Positions 27,276-41,050 of a stretch of DNA of 64,000 nt are shown here, piece after piece; positions within the stretch are counted from its first letter, which is position 1; each line of letters opens with the position of its first letter. Source of the DNA: Lytechinus pictus. Taxonomy: Eukaryota. Both the position numbers and the translations under genes were made by a program. The DNA is taken from assembly GCF_037042905.1 (NCBI RefSeq), contig NC_087252.1:26786001-26850000 (forward strand). The letters are read 5' to 3'. The notes beneath the pieces were generated by a model, which had not been told where the DNA came from, ran no database searches, and saw only the letters and a program-made list of their open reading frames with translations.

Positions 27276-27880
27276 CACTCTTAGTATTTATTAGTCAAGC
27301 AGGGGCAAAAAATGTGTCAAACTGGCAGTAAAAATTCGTCACGCCCTTATGACGATCACTTTATGACAATTGACAAAGTAGTTTGACAAATAAAAAATCG
27401 GGAAATACTAATTCACGTCTCTACGTAACGAATGTAAATCCTGTTTTGACAAACTACTTTAACTGACGAATCGAACAAGCACGAATTGAGAAATGGATAT
27501 TGTCAATCCGATTGCAGACGACGAATCTTATCAGACTTGACAAATTGAGGGACGAATTTAGACATACAATACGAATTTTGGAATGAAAGTTTTTGACAAA
27601 TTTAAAACGGGTTTCCTTATCTTTAGATTTGTCAAAATTCACATCGCTTGCCTGACTGTCTCCAGGCCCGGAACTTCAGATCTGTAACGTTATGCCTACC
27701 GGCATTTACAATTGACGTAGAACATCTGGTATGCACAACTCGATTTTTAATTGTCACACAAATAATGACAGTTACAGAGCTGTATAGACCTAATTGTTGC
27801 ACATGTAGACTGTACTAGGCTGTAAGTTAGAACTCTCGCCTGGCCGCTTACGGTCTGTGTACATAGGCCGGCATAGGCCT

Positions 27881-30685
27881 GTTACAACCGATAATGTCGC
27901 ACCAACGCATAATGTCGCAGCAACGCATAATGTCGCAGATTGCGACATTATGCCAAGAGCGTCCGACGCATAATGTCGCAGTCATCGCATAATGTCGTAG
28001 TTTTTCTAACGCATAACGTCACATGTCGCAACGCATAATGTCGCAGCAAAGTGTCAACGCATAATGTCACATGTCGCAACGCATAATGTCGCAGCGGTAT
28101 TTTCTTCAGGACTCGAGCTACAGATAAGATATAAAATATGCTTTCACTATTTTATTTTGAGACACGAGAAAGAGAATTAAGTGATTTGGAAATCAGGATT
28201 ACTCATTGTATGGATATTTATCGGTTTATTGCCATTTCGTCTACTGCCTTTTTCCCCACTATCGCATGGTCTGATATCATTTCGTCTACCATTAGTTAGT
28301 CAACAACTATCAACATAGTCCAACAACCATTTCGTCTAATTACCATCTCGTCTAATAGCCAGTTGGTCTAATAGCCGTTTTGTTTATTATCATTTAGTCT
28401 AATTGTATTTTTTTCAATTGGTCCAATGTCTACTTTGTCTACTCTCATTGCGCCCACGTTCCATTTGGTCTAACATCAGTTGGTTCGCTATCACTTTTTC
28501 TAAACCCATTTTGGCTAACAATTATTTGGTATCGTTGCCATGGGTCCAATCACCAATAAGTCCAATCACTGGGATTTTCTTCAGGACTCGAGTTACATAA
28601 CTACACAATTGACGGTAGCGCGAGCCGACAAAAATAGATTTCGGATCTAAGAACAGGACACTCTTTTAATGTTTTGTAAATCATAAAATGGATGGGTAAC
28701 TAGGTATCTTCCTACATTAATGTTAATAATGCGAGCAGAAGTTTTTTTAATATTCTAATCTGAAACTGAATGATTCAAGCACGTTATAAATGTATAGAAC
28801 AAGCTGCGTATCTCAATAAACTTGGGTGCTGAGTGCGCGTTTTTTTTTAGATTAAGACCTAGAATTTAGGCATTTTGAACACATGTTTTAATCATTTCAT
28901 TTTATTTCCGTTTCACAATGTTGTATATAATGAACATATCATAAAAATAAGGAATATAACAAAACATAACATATTATAAAACATAATAAGGCCTATACAT
29001 TAGATAAACACAATTAATAACATTAAGCTGCCTTAAATGATTTCTTTTGTATTTTAGAGTAAAACGGAGGGGCTGCCGAAAATAAGCAATGCTTGTATGT
29101 GAGGCCAGCCCCCAAATTTAGTTTCATTACTTAATTTTACACAAATGCATAAATATAACTTCGTAATAGTAAAAACAATAATAGTAATAATTATCGATGT
29201 ACACTTTGCAAAGCAAATCAGAACTGAAAAAGCATAAAAATATAAAGCGAGAGCGAAGCGCGAGCTAAAAATACTTCATATTCCAGTCCGAAAAGGGGTA
29301 AATTTAAGCACTTTTTCAAGCACTATGCATGAAAATTCTGAAGTGGATGTGGATGCTAGCGCGAAGCGCGAGCGAAAATTTTAGCCTACATAGTACATGG
29401 TGATTTTTTTACCTGGTTGCCAAGAAAGCATGAATGCTTGTAAGCAAGCAACCAGAGAACCAACGGCTTAAGGTCCTCTCCAAGGGACCTGGTAGGCATA
29501 ATGACTATTTTGCCTTACCAAGGGACACTAACGCACCAATTAGGAATCAAATGCATGTCACCGGAATCAGAAACCCCCGTTTTACCGACTGAGCTATCGC
29601 GCCTCTTTTGAGACATGAAATATTGTTTTCTTATTTTCCAAGTCTTCACCTCACCCTATTTTATTCACTCTTGTGTCTCCTCTTATTTTTCATCATTTTC
29701 CCTCCTCTCTTTCCCCATTTTTTCTCTTTTCTTTCGTTCCCTTTCCTTTTTTATGCGGATGGTAAAGGGTTTTTTTTGGCGCTCGCGAGCTGATCTGAAC
29801 CACGAATCAGGAGTAGTACTGCAACAAGTCGACAATGATACATAGAATCACCGTAGAGGTCTAGTGCCAGTAGACCATTATGGTTATAAGATGAAATGAA
29901 TATGCTTATTGGACGAAATGATGATTGGACGAGATGGTGATTGGACCTATTGGTGATTGGACCCATGGCAACGATACCAAATGATTGTTAGCCAAAATGG
30001 GTTTAGACAAAGTGATAGCGAACCAACTGAAGTCAGACCAAATGGAACATGGACGAAATAAGAGTAGACCAAGTGGTTATTAGACCAATTGGCTATTAGA
30101 CCAAAATGTAATAGACGTGGTGATATTGGACAAAGTGGATATTGGACCAATTGAAAATAATCCAATTAGACTAAATGATAATAAACAAAACGGCTATTAG
30201 ACCAACTGGCTATTAGACGAGATGGTAATTAGACGAAATGGTTATTGGACTATGTTGAAAGTTGTTGACTAACTAATGGTAGACGAAATGATATCAGACC
30301 ATGCGATAGTGGGGAAAAAGGCAGTAGACGAAATGGCAATAAACCGATAAATATCCATACAATGAGTAATCCTGATTTCCAAATCACTTAATTCTCTTTC
30401 TCGTGTCTCAAAATACTTAGTGAAAGCATATTTTATATCTTATCTGTAGCTCGAGTCCTGAAGAAAATACCGCTGCGACATTATGCGTTGCGACATGTGA
30501 CATTATGCGTTGACACTTTGCTGCGACATTATGCGTTGCGACATGTGACGTTGTGCGTTAGAAAAACTACGACATTATGCGTTGACTGCGACATTATGCG
30601 TCGGACGCTCTTGGCATAATGTCGCAATCTGCGACGTTATGCGTTGCTGCGACATTATGCGTTGGTGCGACATTATCGGTTGTAA
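27881..30685. mobile_element. 2.8 kb foldback element with ~690-750 bp near-identical inverted arms
   Basis: 27882-28569 is the reverse complement of 29937-30685; arms carry ACGCATAATGTCGC and CCATTTGGTCTA-type arrays; ATAGGCCT directly repeated at 27873-27880 and 30686-30693. Confidence 0.9.
29400..29605 (-). mobile_element. tRNA-derived SINE (degenerate)
   Basis: Minus strand begins GAGGCGCGATAGCTCAGTCGGT (A box), then a degenerate B box and a SINE-like body (gtcccttggtaaggca; gaggaccttaagccgttggt). Confidence 0.6.
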
Positions 30686-31689
30686 ATAGGCCTACCGGTA
30701 GGCTCTAGCGTTAACTGTTATGCCATAGCAATACACACATGGTTTTTTTTCGAATTGTAAATAGATCTCTAGATCTGGATCTAACGTTAGATCAATGCAA
30801 AGAAGTTTGATGTTCTGAGTCTGACCCCGTTCTAGCGTGGTCTGATGCCGTCTGACAAACAGTTAGGCCTAGTCTAGGTTCATCTTTTTCTATCTCAAGA
30901 TCTAACGCTAGACTCCTTTCTAACGTTAGATTTCTACAGTAGATCTAAATCTGGGTCTAACGTTAGACTAGTCTACATAATATATAGAACTCTAATTTAG
31001 TAATGTAGATCTACTAGATCTAACGTAAGACCTAGATCTAACTGAGATCTAACTTAGAATCTAACGTATTTAAAGTTCCACTTCATTACCCACTCGTATT
31101 CGTAACTAGACCTAACAGTTATGCTAGGTCCTAGTCTGCGTGGAGTGTAGGCCTCGACCTCTAGATCTAGGGTCTATCCTTTTTTATTTGATAGAGTTTG
31201 TAATTCTAAGTTAGATCTAGATAAGTTAGAATCTAGTCTTGCATTTCAGATCACACACATTATTAAGTTATCTAAAATCTAGATCTGGAGTTCTAACTTA
31301 CATGTTCAACAGTTAGGTCTATACAGCTCTAGTGTAACTGTCAATATTTGTGTGACAATCTTAAAGTTGTGCATGCCATGACAAATTTGTTGTCATGCAG
31401 TGGGTTTCCATGCAGTGCTACATGACAAATTAAGTTTTATGCATGACAAAATATCTGTCATACATTACGAATTAATTTCCATGCATGACAAACCGATTTC
31501 TTAGCATGACGAATCAAAGTGAAAATTCGTCAAATAAGACCACTTTTCATTACGAATTAAAATTTGTATAATGACAAAAATTTTCCCATAAATACTTGAC
31601 AAATTCAATTTGTCAAGGAAATCTGCTTGCATGACAAATTTATTTGACAAATTCAAAGTTCGTCAAATAGGACAATGTTTTGACGATTT

Positions 31690-32220
31690 TTTGTCTCGCC
31701 TGCATAGCAGAGCGAGACTATAGGCGCCGCTTTTCCGACGGCGACGGCGGCGGCGGCGTCAATATCAAATCTTAACCTAAGGTTAAGTTTTTGAAATGAC
31801 ATCATAACTTAGAAAGTATATAGACCTAGTTCATGAAACTTGAACATAAGGTTAATCAAGTATTACTGAACATCCTGCCTGAGTTTCAGGTCACATGACT
31901 AAGGTCAAAGGTCATTTAGGGTCAATGAACTTAGACCATGTTTGGAGAATTATTTTCAAAATCTTAACCGAAGGTTAAGTTTTTGAAATGACATCATAAC
32001 TTAAAAAGTATATGGACCTAGTTCATGAAACTTGGGCATAAGGTTAATCAAGTATTTATAGTGAACATCCTTCCTGAGTTTCAGGTCACATGATTAAGGT
32101 CAAAGGTCATTTAGGGTCAATGAACTTTGGTCAAGTTGGGGGTATTTGTTGAATTACTATCATAACTTTGAAAATTTATGGATCTAGTTCATGAAACTTG
32201 GACATTAGGTTAATCAAGTA
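31690..32220 (+). repeat. Interspersed repeat with ~190-bp internal tandem units (AAGGTCAAAGGTCA motif)
   Basis: 5' hairpin TCTCGC...GCGAGA, (GGC)n run, about 2.4 tandem units starting at ~31768 and ~31960. Confidence 0.7.
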
Positions 32221-32801
32221 CCGCTCCCATTATTGAAATATGTACCGTTTTTGTGGGTAACTGTAAACAGTCCTTAACAGATACCTATTCGATCATGCTA
32301 GAACAGTTATTAAAAATTTCTGCTCGCGCTTGGCGTTCGCAGTAATTATCTAGTTCCATACGCATCTTGTTCAGGATCACAAATTACATTGCCCAGAATA
32401 TTAAATTTTAAGGACAAAATACTAGTACATGAAAGTTTAAAAAAATTCGCTCGCGCCTCGCGCTCGCACTTTGTTTATAGGGTTTATAAGATTATTTCAT
32501 ATTTTTGTTGTTGTATAAGAATGAAGCTAAGAAGTGACTAATTGGGGGAAATGTAGGTGAAGATAATTTCGGGCCCCACCCCCTATTGGCGAAAGTCGGA
32601 TCCGCCCTTGTGACACATACACACACAGAAAAAAAGTTGCCCCCCCCCCCCTTGAAAAAAGCAAGGACCCCCAGTGCCCCCCAGGAAAAAAAATCCTAGC
32701 TACGCCACTGGCCACTGCAGATTTTATTTTGTCCGTCCTTGCTGTAATGTTGGAGTGTGATGTGGAAAAGATATGTCTTAATTTCTTATATCTATTTTCA
32801 G

Positions 32802-32858
32802 TTGGAAGAGATAAAGATATTCGACGAGCCATCGACGGTAATGGCCGGTTCATCAAAG
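32802..32858 (+). CDS. Micro-exon (LEEIKIFDEPSTVMAGSSK), phase 0/0
   Basis: tattttcag acceptor; AAG|GTATGT donor; 57 nt open. Confidence 0.6.
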
Positions 32859-33489
32859 GTATGTGTTAATATTATGTCAACCATACATTCTTTGCAATCC
32901 AGGATAAAAATGGATGTGGATAGGGCGAAACCATGGAGCTATAAAACACAGAGCTCCATGGGCGAAACCATGGAAAGGTATATTTTGATAGGCAAAGAGT
33001 GCATGACTATGAACCCAGAATGAGATATATTAACCCATTATGTTATTCATACTATTCATTTGTATCTGTAGTCTATTATGGCAACAATCATTTATCATTT
33101 ATCGTGCTTGAATTAAAAGATTACATGATAATATGGTTTTTGTAAATACCAATTTAATTTCATCATGGCCATAGCAACTAAAAATTTTGAAATATTTAAT
33201 CATATTTCTAATAAGCGAGGTAGGAGACAATACTATCTGCATATTATGTTCACACTGATTAATGGCAGTGACACATACATGTAGACCATGCATAGACACC
33301 AAATCAATTACATAGGAACTATTGTAGGGTTCCATCCCATGGCAACTAACAGTATATATTATCCAATCAAAATCGAGCATCAAATTGAAGTTATTGGATG
33401 GAAGTACTGTAGATACTTTTTATGCAAGGGCCAAGGGTATTGTAAGTGCTTCATTCACATCAATGATATGTAAAATATTTCACTTTCAG

Positions 33490-33555
33490 GTTAAAGAGCC
33501 GATGGGACTTAAGACATCACTCCAATCACAGAAAGAGATGTCTGGTTTATCCCAG
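33490..33555 (+). CDS. Micro-exon (VKEPMGLKTSLQSQKEMSGLSQ), phase 0/0
   Basis: cactttcag acceptor; CAG|GTTTGT donor; 66 nt open. Confidence 0.6.
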
Positions 33556-33736
33556 GTTTGTGTTTGTTAAATTGTCGATATCATTTCAATCATAGATACA
33601 TGTATATTATGTGTGTATTCTTTGATATCAATATAGACCTGATGACATGACATACACTTAAATGGGTTGGGTTAGAACTTGCATGTGATCGGATCACCAG
33701 CACCTTTCATGCAGGAGCTGTAAACCAGGCTATATA

Positions 33737-33901
33737 CACTGTAAAAATGAAGTGCTAATTTAGCACTTACAGTGCTTGTATAGTGACTGCACTACTAGTG
33801 CTGATTTTCTAGTTTGAATTTGAACTAGAAAATCAGCACTCGTAGTGCAGTCACTATACAAGCACTGTAAGTGCTAGATTAGCACTTCATTTTTTACAGT
33901 G
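33737..33901. mobile_element. 165-bp near-perfect hairpin MITE with CACTG termini
   Basis: Whole element is a palindrome (CACTGTAAAAA...TTTTTACAGTG) centred near 33818. Confidence 0.85.
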
Positions 33902-34559
33902 CATAGTATCATCAATAGGGAAAATATATGATCACAGTATGAGCACAATATTTGATTAATTGATATTGAAATATCAAATATAAAGAAACCATACACGTTC
34001 TACCAGAAACAGAATGAAATTTTCTCAATGAGGTATACAGTACTTTCTTTCAGATACCATATACTATGTCAATATGGAATCCCCTGTCCATAAATAAATT
34101 GTAATACAATTCATGATTTTTTTTTTTTTTAGTTTAACACATGTAATCAACGATGTGTTATGGTTTATGTCTGAGATTCTAGCAACATCCACACTGTTTT
34201 TTTTTGTTCTATCCATAGTTATAATGAATAGGTTCCTTTTAAACCAGTCTCATTTTCTTATGACTTTTCTAGGCTTTATATGCAAGCATGGTTGCTGACC
34301 GAATTATTTATGCTTTCACACAGTAACAATTGCTATCCCATTTTCCGTACTTTGTCTTTACTGTAATAAATGATGTTTTTTTTAATGATAAATCATACAT
34401 ATTCACGTTGATTTTACTACTATGGAAAAATTAAATGCATTTGAATCTTGGGATTGAATAAAATTAACAAATTGACGTATATGAAAAGATTCACAGTACT
34501 TCATGCGCTCATAATCTGTATATTCTATGGGACACACCATAAGCATATATCCCCGTTCT

Positions 34560-35520
34560 CCTAAGCATAACGTTTATTCCTTGTTTGGTTTATTTTACGT
34601 CATTAATCATTATCCCATAACATCATTACCTCTTCAACCACAATTGATCTATATAAATAACACCCCATTACAATGTGTAACTACAGTGAAAATCCTAAGA
34701 ATTACAATAATATTCAAATGATGAAAAAGAAGCAACATAAAATTATATATGCTAAGAAGATTGAAAGCTTACAAAGAATCATGTCTACCAGAATGTGATT
34801 TGTTCACAGTGTATATTAGGTATGTAAGACCAGCCCCATAGTATTGTGTACTAGTATATCTTTTCGCTGCTTCTCTTACTTTGAAACGGATGAACGTTAT
34901 TGAAACTGTCCAGAAAAGGGCATGCAAATAGTATTAGGAACCAAGCATGTATCATATGACAGGGCTCTAAATACCTTGAGTTTGACATCACTTTAAAGTC
35001 GAAGGGACATATTTCGCTTTAAAATTAGAATAAAATGGTTACCTCCACTGAAAACAAACGCTTTCAATTTACGACAGATGAGTAAATATAAGGTGATTCC
35101 ATGTAACCCCCCCCCCCCAAAAAAAAAAAAACAGAACTGCATTCTTCAATGTCTGACAAGATTATTCTGGCTCACAAAATCTTCTCTCTGAAATTACTGT
35201 CAAGACCAAATCATATGGGGATCGGGCTTTCCAAAAAGCTGCACCAGCACAATGGAATTCTTTACCAGCGACATTAAGAAATATTACCCAGCTTGAGAAA
35301 TTCAAAGTACAATTAAAAACCCACCTCTTTCAGAATGTTTTAACTTAGTCACATGGAGGTCCAATCCTTTTTTAATATTCTTTGATCTTATGTATAATTA
35401 TTTGATGTCTAATTTTTAAATTTACAATTCTCACCACATTTATCGCTTTCCTCGCGCATAGAGACCTGTAGGTGTTATGCGTATTTAAGAACTGTACTAT
35501 TATTATTATTATTATTATTA
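34560..35520 (+). mobile_element. Two decayed LINE 3' fragments (RT C-terminus; L2-like end)
   Basis: Remnants such as IETVQKRAC and GDRAFQKAAPAQWNSLP...FKVQLKTHLF; (TAT)n tail at ~35497-35520. Confidence 0.65.
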
Positions 35521-35720
35521 AACAAATAACGTGGTTAATAAGTCTGCAATTTGTTTGATAATTGTGCAATATTGTGTTATTTATCATTTCTTAAAATCCA
35601 TTTTAACTATTTTTAACAGCACATATCTGATTTCAATTGTATCTATTTATTTTCATCTTGACTATATTTATATATTAGCATTGTTTAAACATGTACAATT
35701 TAGTCTGTGACTGCCAGTTA

Positions 35721-37363
35721 CACACTAAGAAATTCGGGTTCAATTTTACACCCCTAGGGTGCACAGGCTTGTCCCTGTACGAGTGCCCCTATCGGTGCAC
35801 ACGTACACCCCGAATAGGGGTGTACAGTGTGAACCCCTATTGGGCACATGAGAGAAATTCAACCGCGCGCAAAGCATGCCGGACAGGCGTACGTAAAGAT
35901 CACATGACTTTTTTTATTAAAATAATTCATTAAAAATATACAAAATGTTTGTATATCAAAATATAAATGATCGAAACAATGTCATGTTCATACTCTTTCA
36001 TAATTAAGGCCTTTGGGGAGGCTAGACTGCATTTTTGGATTTCATTTTAATTATTATTACCCACAATGCAGTTCGGGTTTTTCTGGCAATGAACTGGCCG
36101 AAATTATGGTTAGTCTTATTTCAGGCCATTTAACTTTTGATTGAGTTGGACAAGTACCCGATTGACATATCAAGTCTTAATACACTGTTAATTGTGACTA
36201 ATGTCAGTAAATTAAAGCAAAATCTATGGTGGGATTAATGTTTGATGATTTTTTGAAGAGCTATGATTTAACACGTGACTGAATGGGGGTCTGTAATACT
36301 CATGTGAGCCCTATTTGGGGTGTCCAACTGCACCTTAGATGGCGTACACGTCTACCCCTTAGGGTGCATAATGTACCCTCACCTAAAATAAAAAAGATTG
36401 TCGAGACTTCCCGTCCATTCACTTTCTGTATCGATTTTCTTAGTTACCTTAGTTGAGACTCAAACTCATCTCCTTTTATCTGCAGTCAAGATTCTTCCCG
36501 CTATGCCAGCGAGAAGCGCCGAGACCATATGAGATCTCTAGCGATATGATTCGATACTTTTGTCTTGTGCTGATAGTTGTGATTCAAGTAGCTCTAATCA
36601 CCGTTTCTCCAAAAGTATACTTAATGAAATGTGTTTTTGAAACAATTATTATCACATAAATATCAAATATTTTTAAAATTATTTCACTTCTATTAAGTGT
36701 GGCTTTAGTGCATTGTTATTTCGGGTAATCTTCGATCACACATCAACTTTATCTATACCATACGTCTAGCAGCGAGACTGATGGGGCGCACGTAAAAGTA
36801 CATGGGTGTACAACAGACACGGAATCTCGCGTAAGAGCTAACTTGCACCTCAAAGATATAGACCAGTTCATAGTTACTTCTGGGACAATTTTGGTCAAAT
36901 GACCTTTCATTTCTTTCATTAAGATAGGTAGATTTCAAAGCAAGATATTACGTATGCATGCCTTACATAGCGGGATGAAGAAAATGAATAGACCAGGAGA
37001 CTAGAATAGCACATCAATGAACACCCTATGAAGTTATTTGTTGCATTTCTACTTTGAATGCATACTAGAGGATGTTGTACAATGTACTTGGCAAACTGTG
37101 AAATATACCAGTCATTCGTGGACGCATTTTTTTGTGGATGTGAATGAAAAACACAATTCAAAATAATATTTGTATAATCAAGACATCGAATTTGGTGCTT
37201 ATCTCATTAAATCTTAAACCACCATGTCACTTTTGTACAAATGACCTTCCTCTGATCATGCGCAGAATCTTCTGATCATGCACAGAGTGGAACTACGAAC
37301 TGGCTTATTAAAGGGTGTACGCACGTATCGTACATCCCATTTGAACCGGGATTTCTTAGTGTG
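35721..37363. mobile_element. 1.64 kb CACAC-terminated non-autonomous DNA transposon (EnSpm/CMC-like)
   Basis: ~23-bp imperfect TIR CACACTAAGAAAT..GGTTCAA; TA on both sides; subterminal tacacccc/ggggtgta repeats. Confidence 0.8.
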
Positions 37364-37455
37364 TATAATATTGAATGTATTGATTACTATTATTTTGTAC
37401 CAGGAATTCCCAATAATTTTCACATAGTAGAGCATATTTGCAATTTGATTTTCAG

Positions 37456-37512
37456 GTCAAAGAGCTGACAGAAGTAAACCTACGAGGCCAGGCACCGATA
37501 GAATTAAAGTTT
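37456..37512 (+). CDS. Micro-exon (VKELTEVNLRGQAPIELKF), phase 0/0
   Basis: attttcag acceptor; GTACGT donor; 57 nt; starts VKE like the 33490 exon. Confidence 0.55.
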
Positions 37513-38256
37513 GTACGTTATATATTACTGATACTTAATTACATTTCTCTTAATAATTCTTAACATCACTACTGGGATCTGTTCATTCCCATAGGAGACC
37601 AGTAATTTGTCCCTGGTGGATTTTATGCGACCTTTATTAGTGGCCCAAATAACCCAGTGAGCACTGTAAATGCAACGTAACCAAGTTTGTCCGTAGTCTG
37701 AGTTTCAGCCCTTTTAGCGCGAAAAATGTAGAAAAACATCATGTCACATTTTTAAAAGCATATTGGGTGAGGTACAAAATGATAAAGGTTCGGATGTTAT
37801 CATTATTAACAATTATTTTTGGTATTTTGTTTCCAAATCTCATTTTTAACACACAAGTTAAGAACACGAGGCATTGGCTTTAATCTTTAATTGAATGATA
37901 CCAAAGGGAATGATACCTTGACCTTTTAAGCTTGGCGCTCAGAATTTTAAGTTCAATGGTTGAACAGTTTTGTCAATTAGGTGGCTACCAATTTAAGACC
38001 TAATGTTCTTATCAAGTTAAAATTAATTTACGAAGTCAGATAACTTGATATATGGGCTGCATGTCTGTGAGCTTTGCCTATCAAGGGCGTTTTGTTCAAT
38101 ATTGCCTTTTTGTTTAGATAAAAACATGGAGTGAGGATTTTATTCCTTGTTAAGTAATCCTGGAGGGCCTATATTTCATAAAGTTTCGGTAGGATATTAT
38201 TTAGAGAGTAAGATTTTGTGTGTGTGATTTAAACTTTATATTATCTATTTCAACAG

Positions 38257-38321
38257 CCAAGCAAGTTGAATGACGCCCTTTCCGACACACAGAGACTACA
38301 TGTTTTTGACCGTTATGGATG
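38257..38321 (+). CDS. Micro-exon (PSKLNDALSDTQRLHVFDRYG), phase 0/2
   Basis: tttcaacag acceptor; ATG|GTATGT donor. Its phase does not directly match the 39092 exon. Confidence 0.5.
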
Positions 38322-39091
38322 GTATGTGTATAACAGACATGGAAACACCGATCGCTACCTAAAGCTTAAACGGTATACTAGTAAGTGGATTAATATCGGA
38401 CTGGACTCAAAGTACACAAAGAAGTTCATATAAAGTATCATAATTTTACAGCCCAACCATGTATGTTTTTTTTTATTAAAGTACTTCATTGTGCAAATTA
38501 ATAATTCTATACGGAATATAATTATGGATTTAGACGTTCTCTAATGGCATTTATTATCTTGTGTACGGATCAGCACACATGGTCATATGGTTATAAGTAT
38601 ACATTAGCTTCATTATGAAAATCCTCCCATGGGTTGCGATTTTCAGTCAGGCCCTGGAAATTGAATCCGGTGGAAAATGAAAATACCATTCCACTTTTTA
38701 GTGGAACATTCGAAAGTGACTTTGTATTTTGATCATGCGGATCTAAAATAAAGTACAAACATAATAAGAGGCACTTTCAGGAGAAATTAAATTTGGATCG
38801 TTTGTTGAATTATGTTACCCTTTGCAGCTGACTTAGCACAACTTACAAACCCCTTAATGAAACATTCTGCTGCCGGAAGGAAGTGGAGTTAGTTGTTGAG
38901 CAGAGCTTTTATATTCCATTGAAACATGTTTCAGTCTATTTTTATAGTACCCTGTTTACCCGTCTGTGTGATGATATCAATACCAGAAACTAACGCATTA
39001 GCATATTTCTTAATTCATATAACTTAAATCATTTCGTTCTAGCTCAAATGAGATACCCCTGATAAATCCTATTTCATGAATTTCTTTTCAG

Positions 39092-40240
39092 CCGATGTCT
39101 CTGTTATTAGATATGAAATTGAATATCATAGGCAAATATATTGGACTATCGATGACGACGGAGCTTGGATAGTATTTGAAAACGACATACCACTAAATCT
39201 CCTAGAAATTATCCCTGCACTGGTCCCATTGTGTCAAAAAGTGGAACATATTACCATTGGCATTGGCAGAGATCTGGAAAGTGATACGCATGGATCACAA
39301 CCTATCGTTCCAATGAGATCTGTCCTCGCCTTTTGCCTTCACGCAACTGTTGCATCACTCCATGACTCATTACAGATCGTCAGTAGGTGTTTTCCAAATG
39401 CAAAGAGTCTTGTGCTGGATTTCGAATTCGCATTATTTGAATCCGCTTCCAGACACCACTCTGGCATCCCGCTGTCTTCACTGAGAAGATTGGAATTACG
39501 TATCCTACGTTACCGCAATACTCTTGACAACCTCTTTCTCTTGCTTTCTTCTTTCTGTCAAAACATTGAATTCCTCACCGTCACAAGTTATAGAACTCTC
39601 AAATGGGAGATTTCAAGGACAGCCATTACAGAATGTAAATTACCTAATCTGACTGATATCCATCTTGAATCTCGTTGGTCTGACGAGCACTATGCACTCC
39701 AAATGATAACAGACTTACTACACTTAGGTCGTACGATGAGTCCTAGTTTGAAATTTGTCAAAGTAAAAAGTGTAGAGCTAGGAGATGTAGTAATGAAGAG
39801 TGTTGAATGGTCCCGTACATCATCAGATTGTGGGTTGCAGATTCAAGGTGCATCACTACTCCCAGAAGAGTTGGCTTTTAGATACGCATTGCGAAAGTCA
39901 GCGGCTGGACCCATAACCGAGTTAATCGATATTACAACCAGTGAATTTAAAGAGGTTACTGTCCTTACACTTGTCAGTTGCAATATTGATATTGGGCAGT
40001 CTGAACGTAAGTCCCCTCAAAGCCCGAAGGAACTTGGTACACTGCGGGAAATCAGGTTCGTTGGTTCAGAAAACCCACTTTCCGAATCTGACAGGAACAA
40101 ACTTTCGGAGTTGTATCCTAATGTCAAAGTGACTGAAAAACAGGAGAGTCAGGAATCATCTGAAGAATCTCAGGAGGGTGCAGGGATACCTTCCAAGTTG
40201 GACAAAGCCTCCTCTCAATCACTAAAAACATCTGCCATAG
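39092..40240 (+). CDS. Large exon encoding degenerate leucine-rich repeats and an acidic linker
   Basis: Within the 421-aa ORF; repeated LxxLxL-type motifs (FPNAKSLVL, LSSLRRLEL, CQNIEFLTV, LPNLTDIHL, SPSLKFVKV, LGTLREIRF); ttcttttcag acceptor; TAG|GTAGGT donor, phase 1. Confidence 0.8.
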
Positions 40241-40606
40241 GTAGGTTGATATTGATTGTTCTTCATCATGATCACCAGATAAATAGTGATTTATTCAAAT
40301 TTACCTTCATGGAAATCATTAATAATTACAAGGTTTTATAATATGTATAGAAAAGAGTTAAATCTTACAATAGGCATAATGGGGTTATTGGGAATTTACT
40401 TCTGCAGACATGAAATTTTTGGCAAGAATTTCCTCATGCAAATTACGCATATTTATTGAGATAGGCTAAATTATCTCCCGTGCACAATCTGATATTTCCT
40501 CATAAATACCATGATTCCGATGTTTCGTTAATATCTTCCCTTGTCTAAATAGATGATTCATTATTGAAAGACAGGTAGACATAATGATCTATTACGGGCA
40601 CCTATA

Positions 40607-40826
40607 CACTCTAAAAACACTGAGTAAAATTTTACCCAATATCGGGTAAAAAGGGAACATGCATGTTTGCTGGGTATTTTGTTTACCCCATATTGGGCCA
40701 AATGCATGTTTTAAGGGTAAATTCCAACGCAACTGCGTAAAATTTACCAAATATTTGGTATCTTTTTACCCAACCAACATGCATGTTCCCATTTTACCCA
40801 ATATTGGGTACACCTTGTTTAGAGTG
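40607..40826. mobile_element. CACTC-terminated MITE
   Basis: TIR CACTCTAAA / TTTAGAGTG; TA on both sides; internal inverted gggaacatgcatg repeat. Confidence 0.8.
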
Positions 40827-40912
40827 TAACGCATATCGGAAATAAACGAAATTCATGATCCAAATTCTAAAGAAAGTAATATTCCTTTAAAAAAACATTG
40901 TTTTATATACAG

Positions 40913-41050
40913 ATGAACTTGTTGAGGAAAAGGTCAAATTTCATGTAGATACAGCGTCACAGAACCTTAAAGGTGGAGAAGAAGAAATCTCATGGCAAAA
41001 AAAAGGAGAGGAATTTGACGTCAACAAAGGAAGCCTGTCAAATGAATCAG
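40913..41050 (+). CDS. Linker exon (DELVEEKVKF...SNES), phase 1/1
   Basis: tatacag acceptor; frame continuous with both neighbouring exons; donor CAG|GTTCTG is weak, so the 3' end is uncertain. Confidence 0.6.

Larger units (their letters stand above)
27276..31690. mobile_element. Putative CACTC-start non-autonomous element with (T)GACAAA/GACGAA subterminal repeats, hosting the foldback element
   Basis: cactctta start; dense tgacaaa/gacgaa motifs at both ends; internal inverted repeat ~27750-27808 / ~31300-31360; right terminus not found. Confidence 0.45.
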
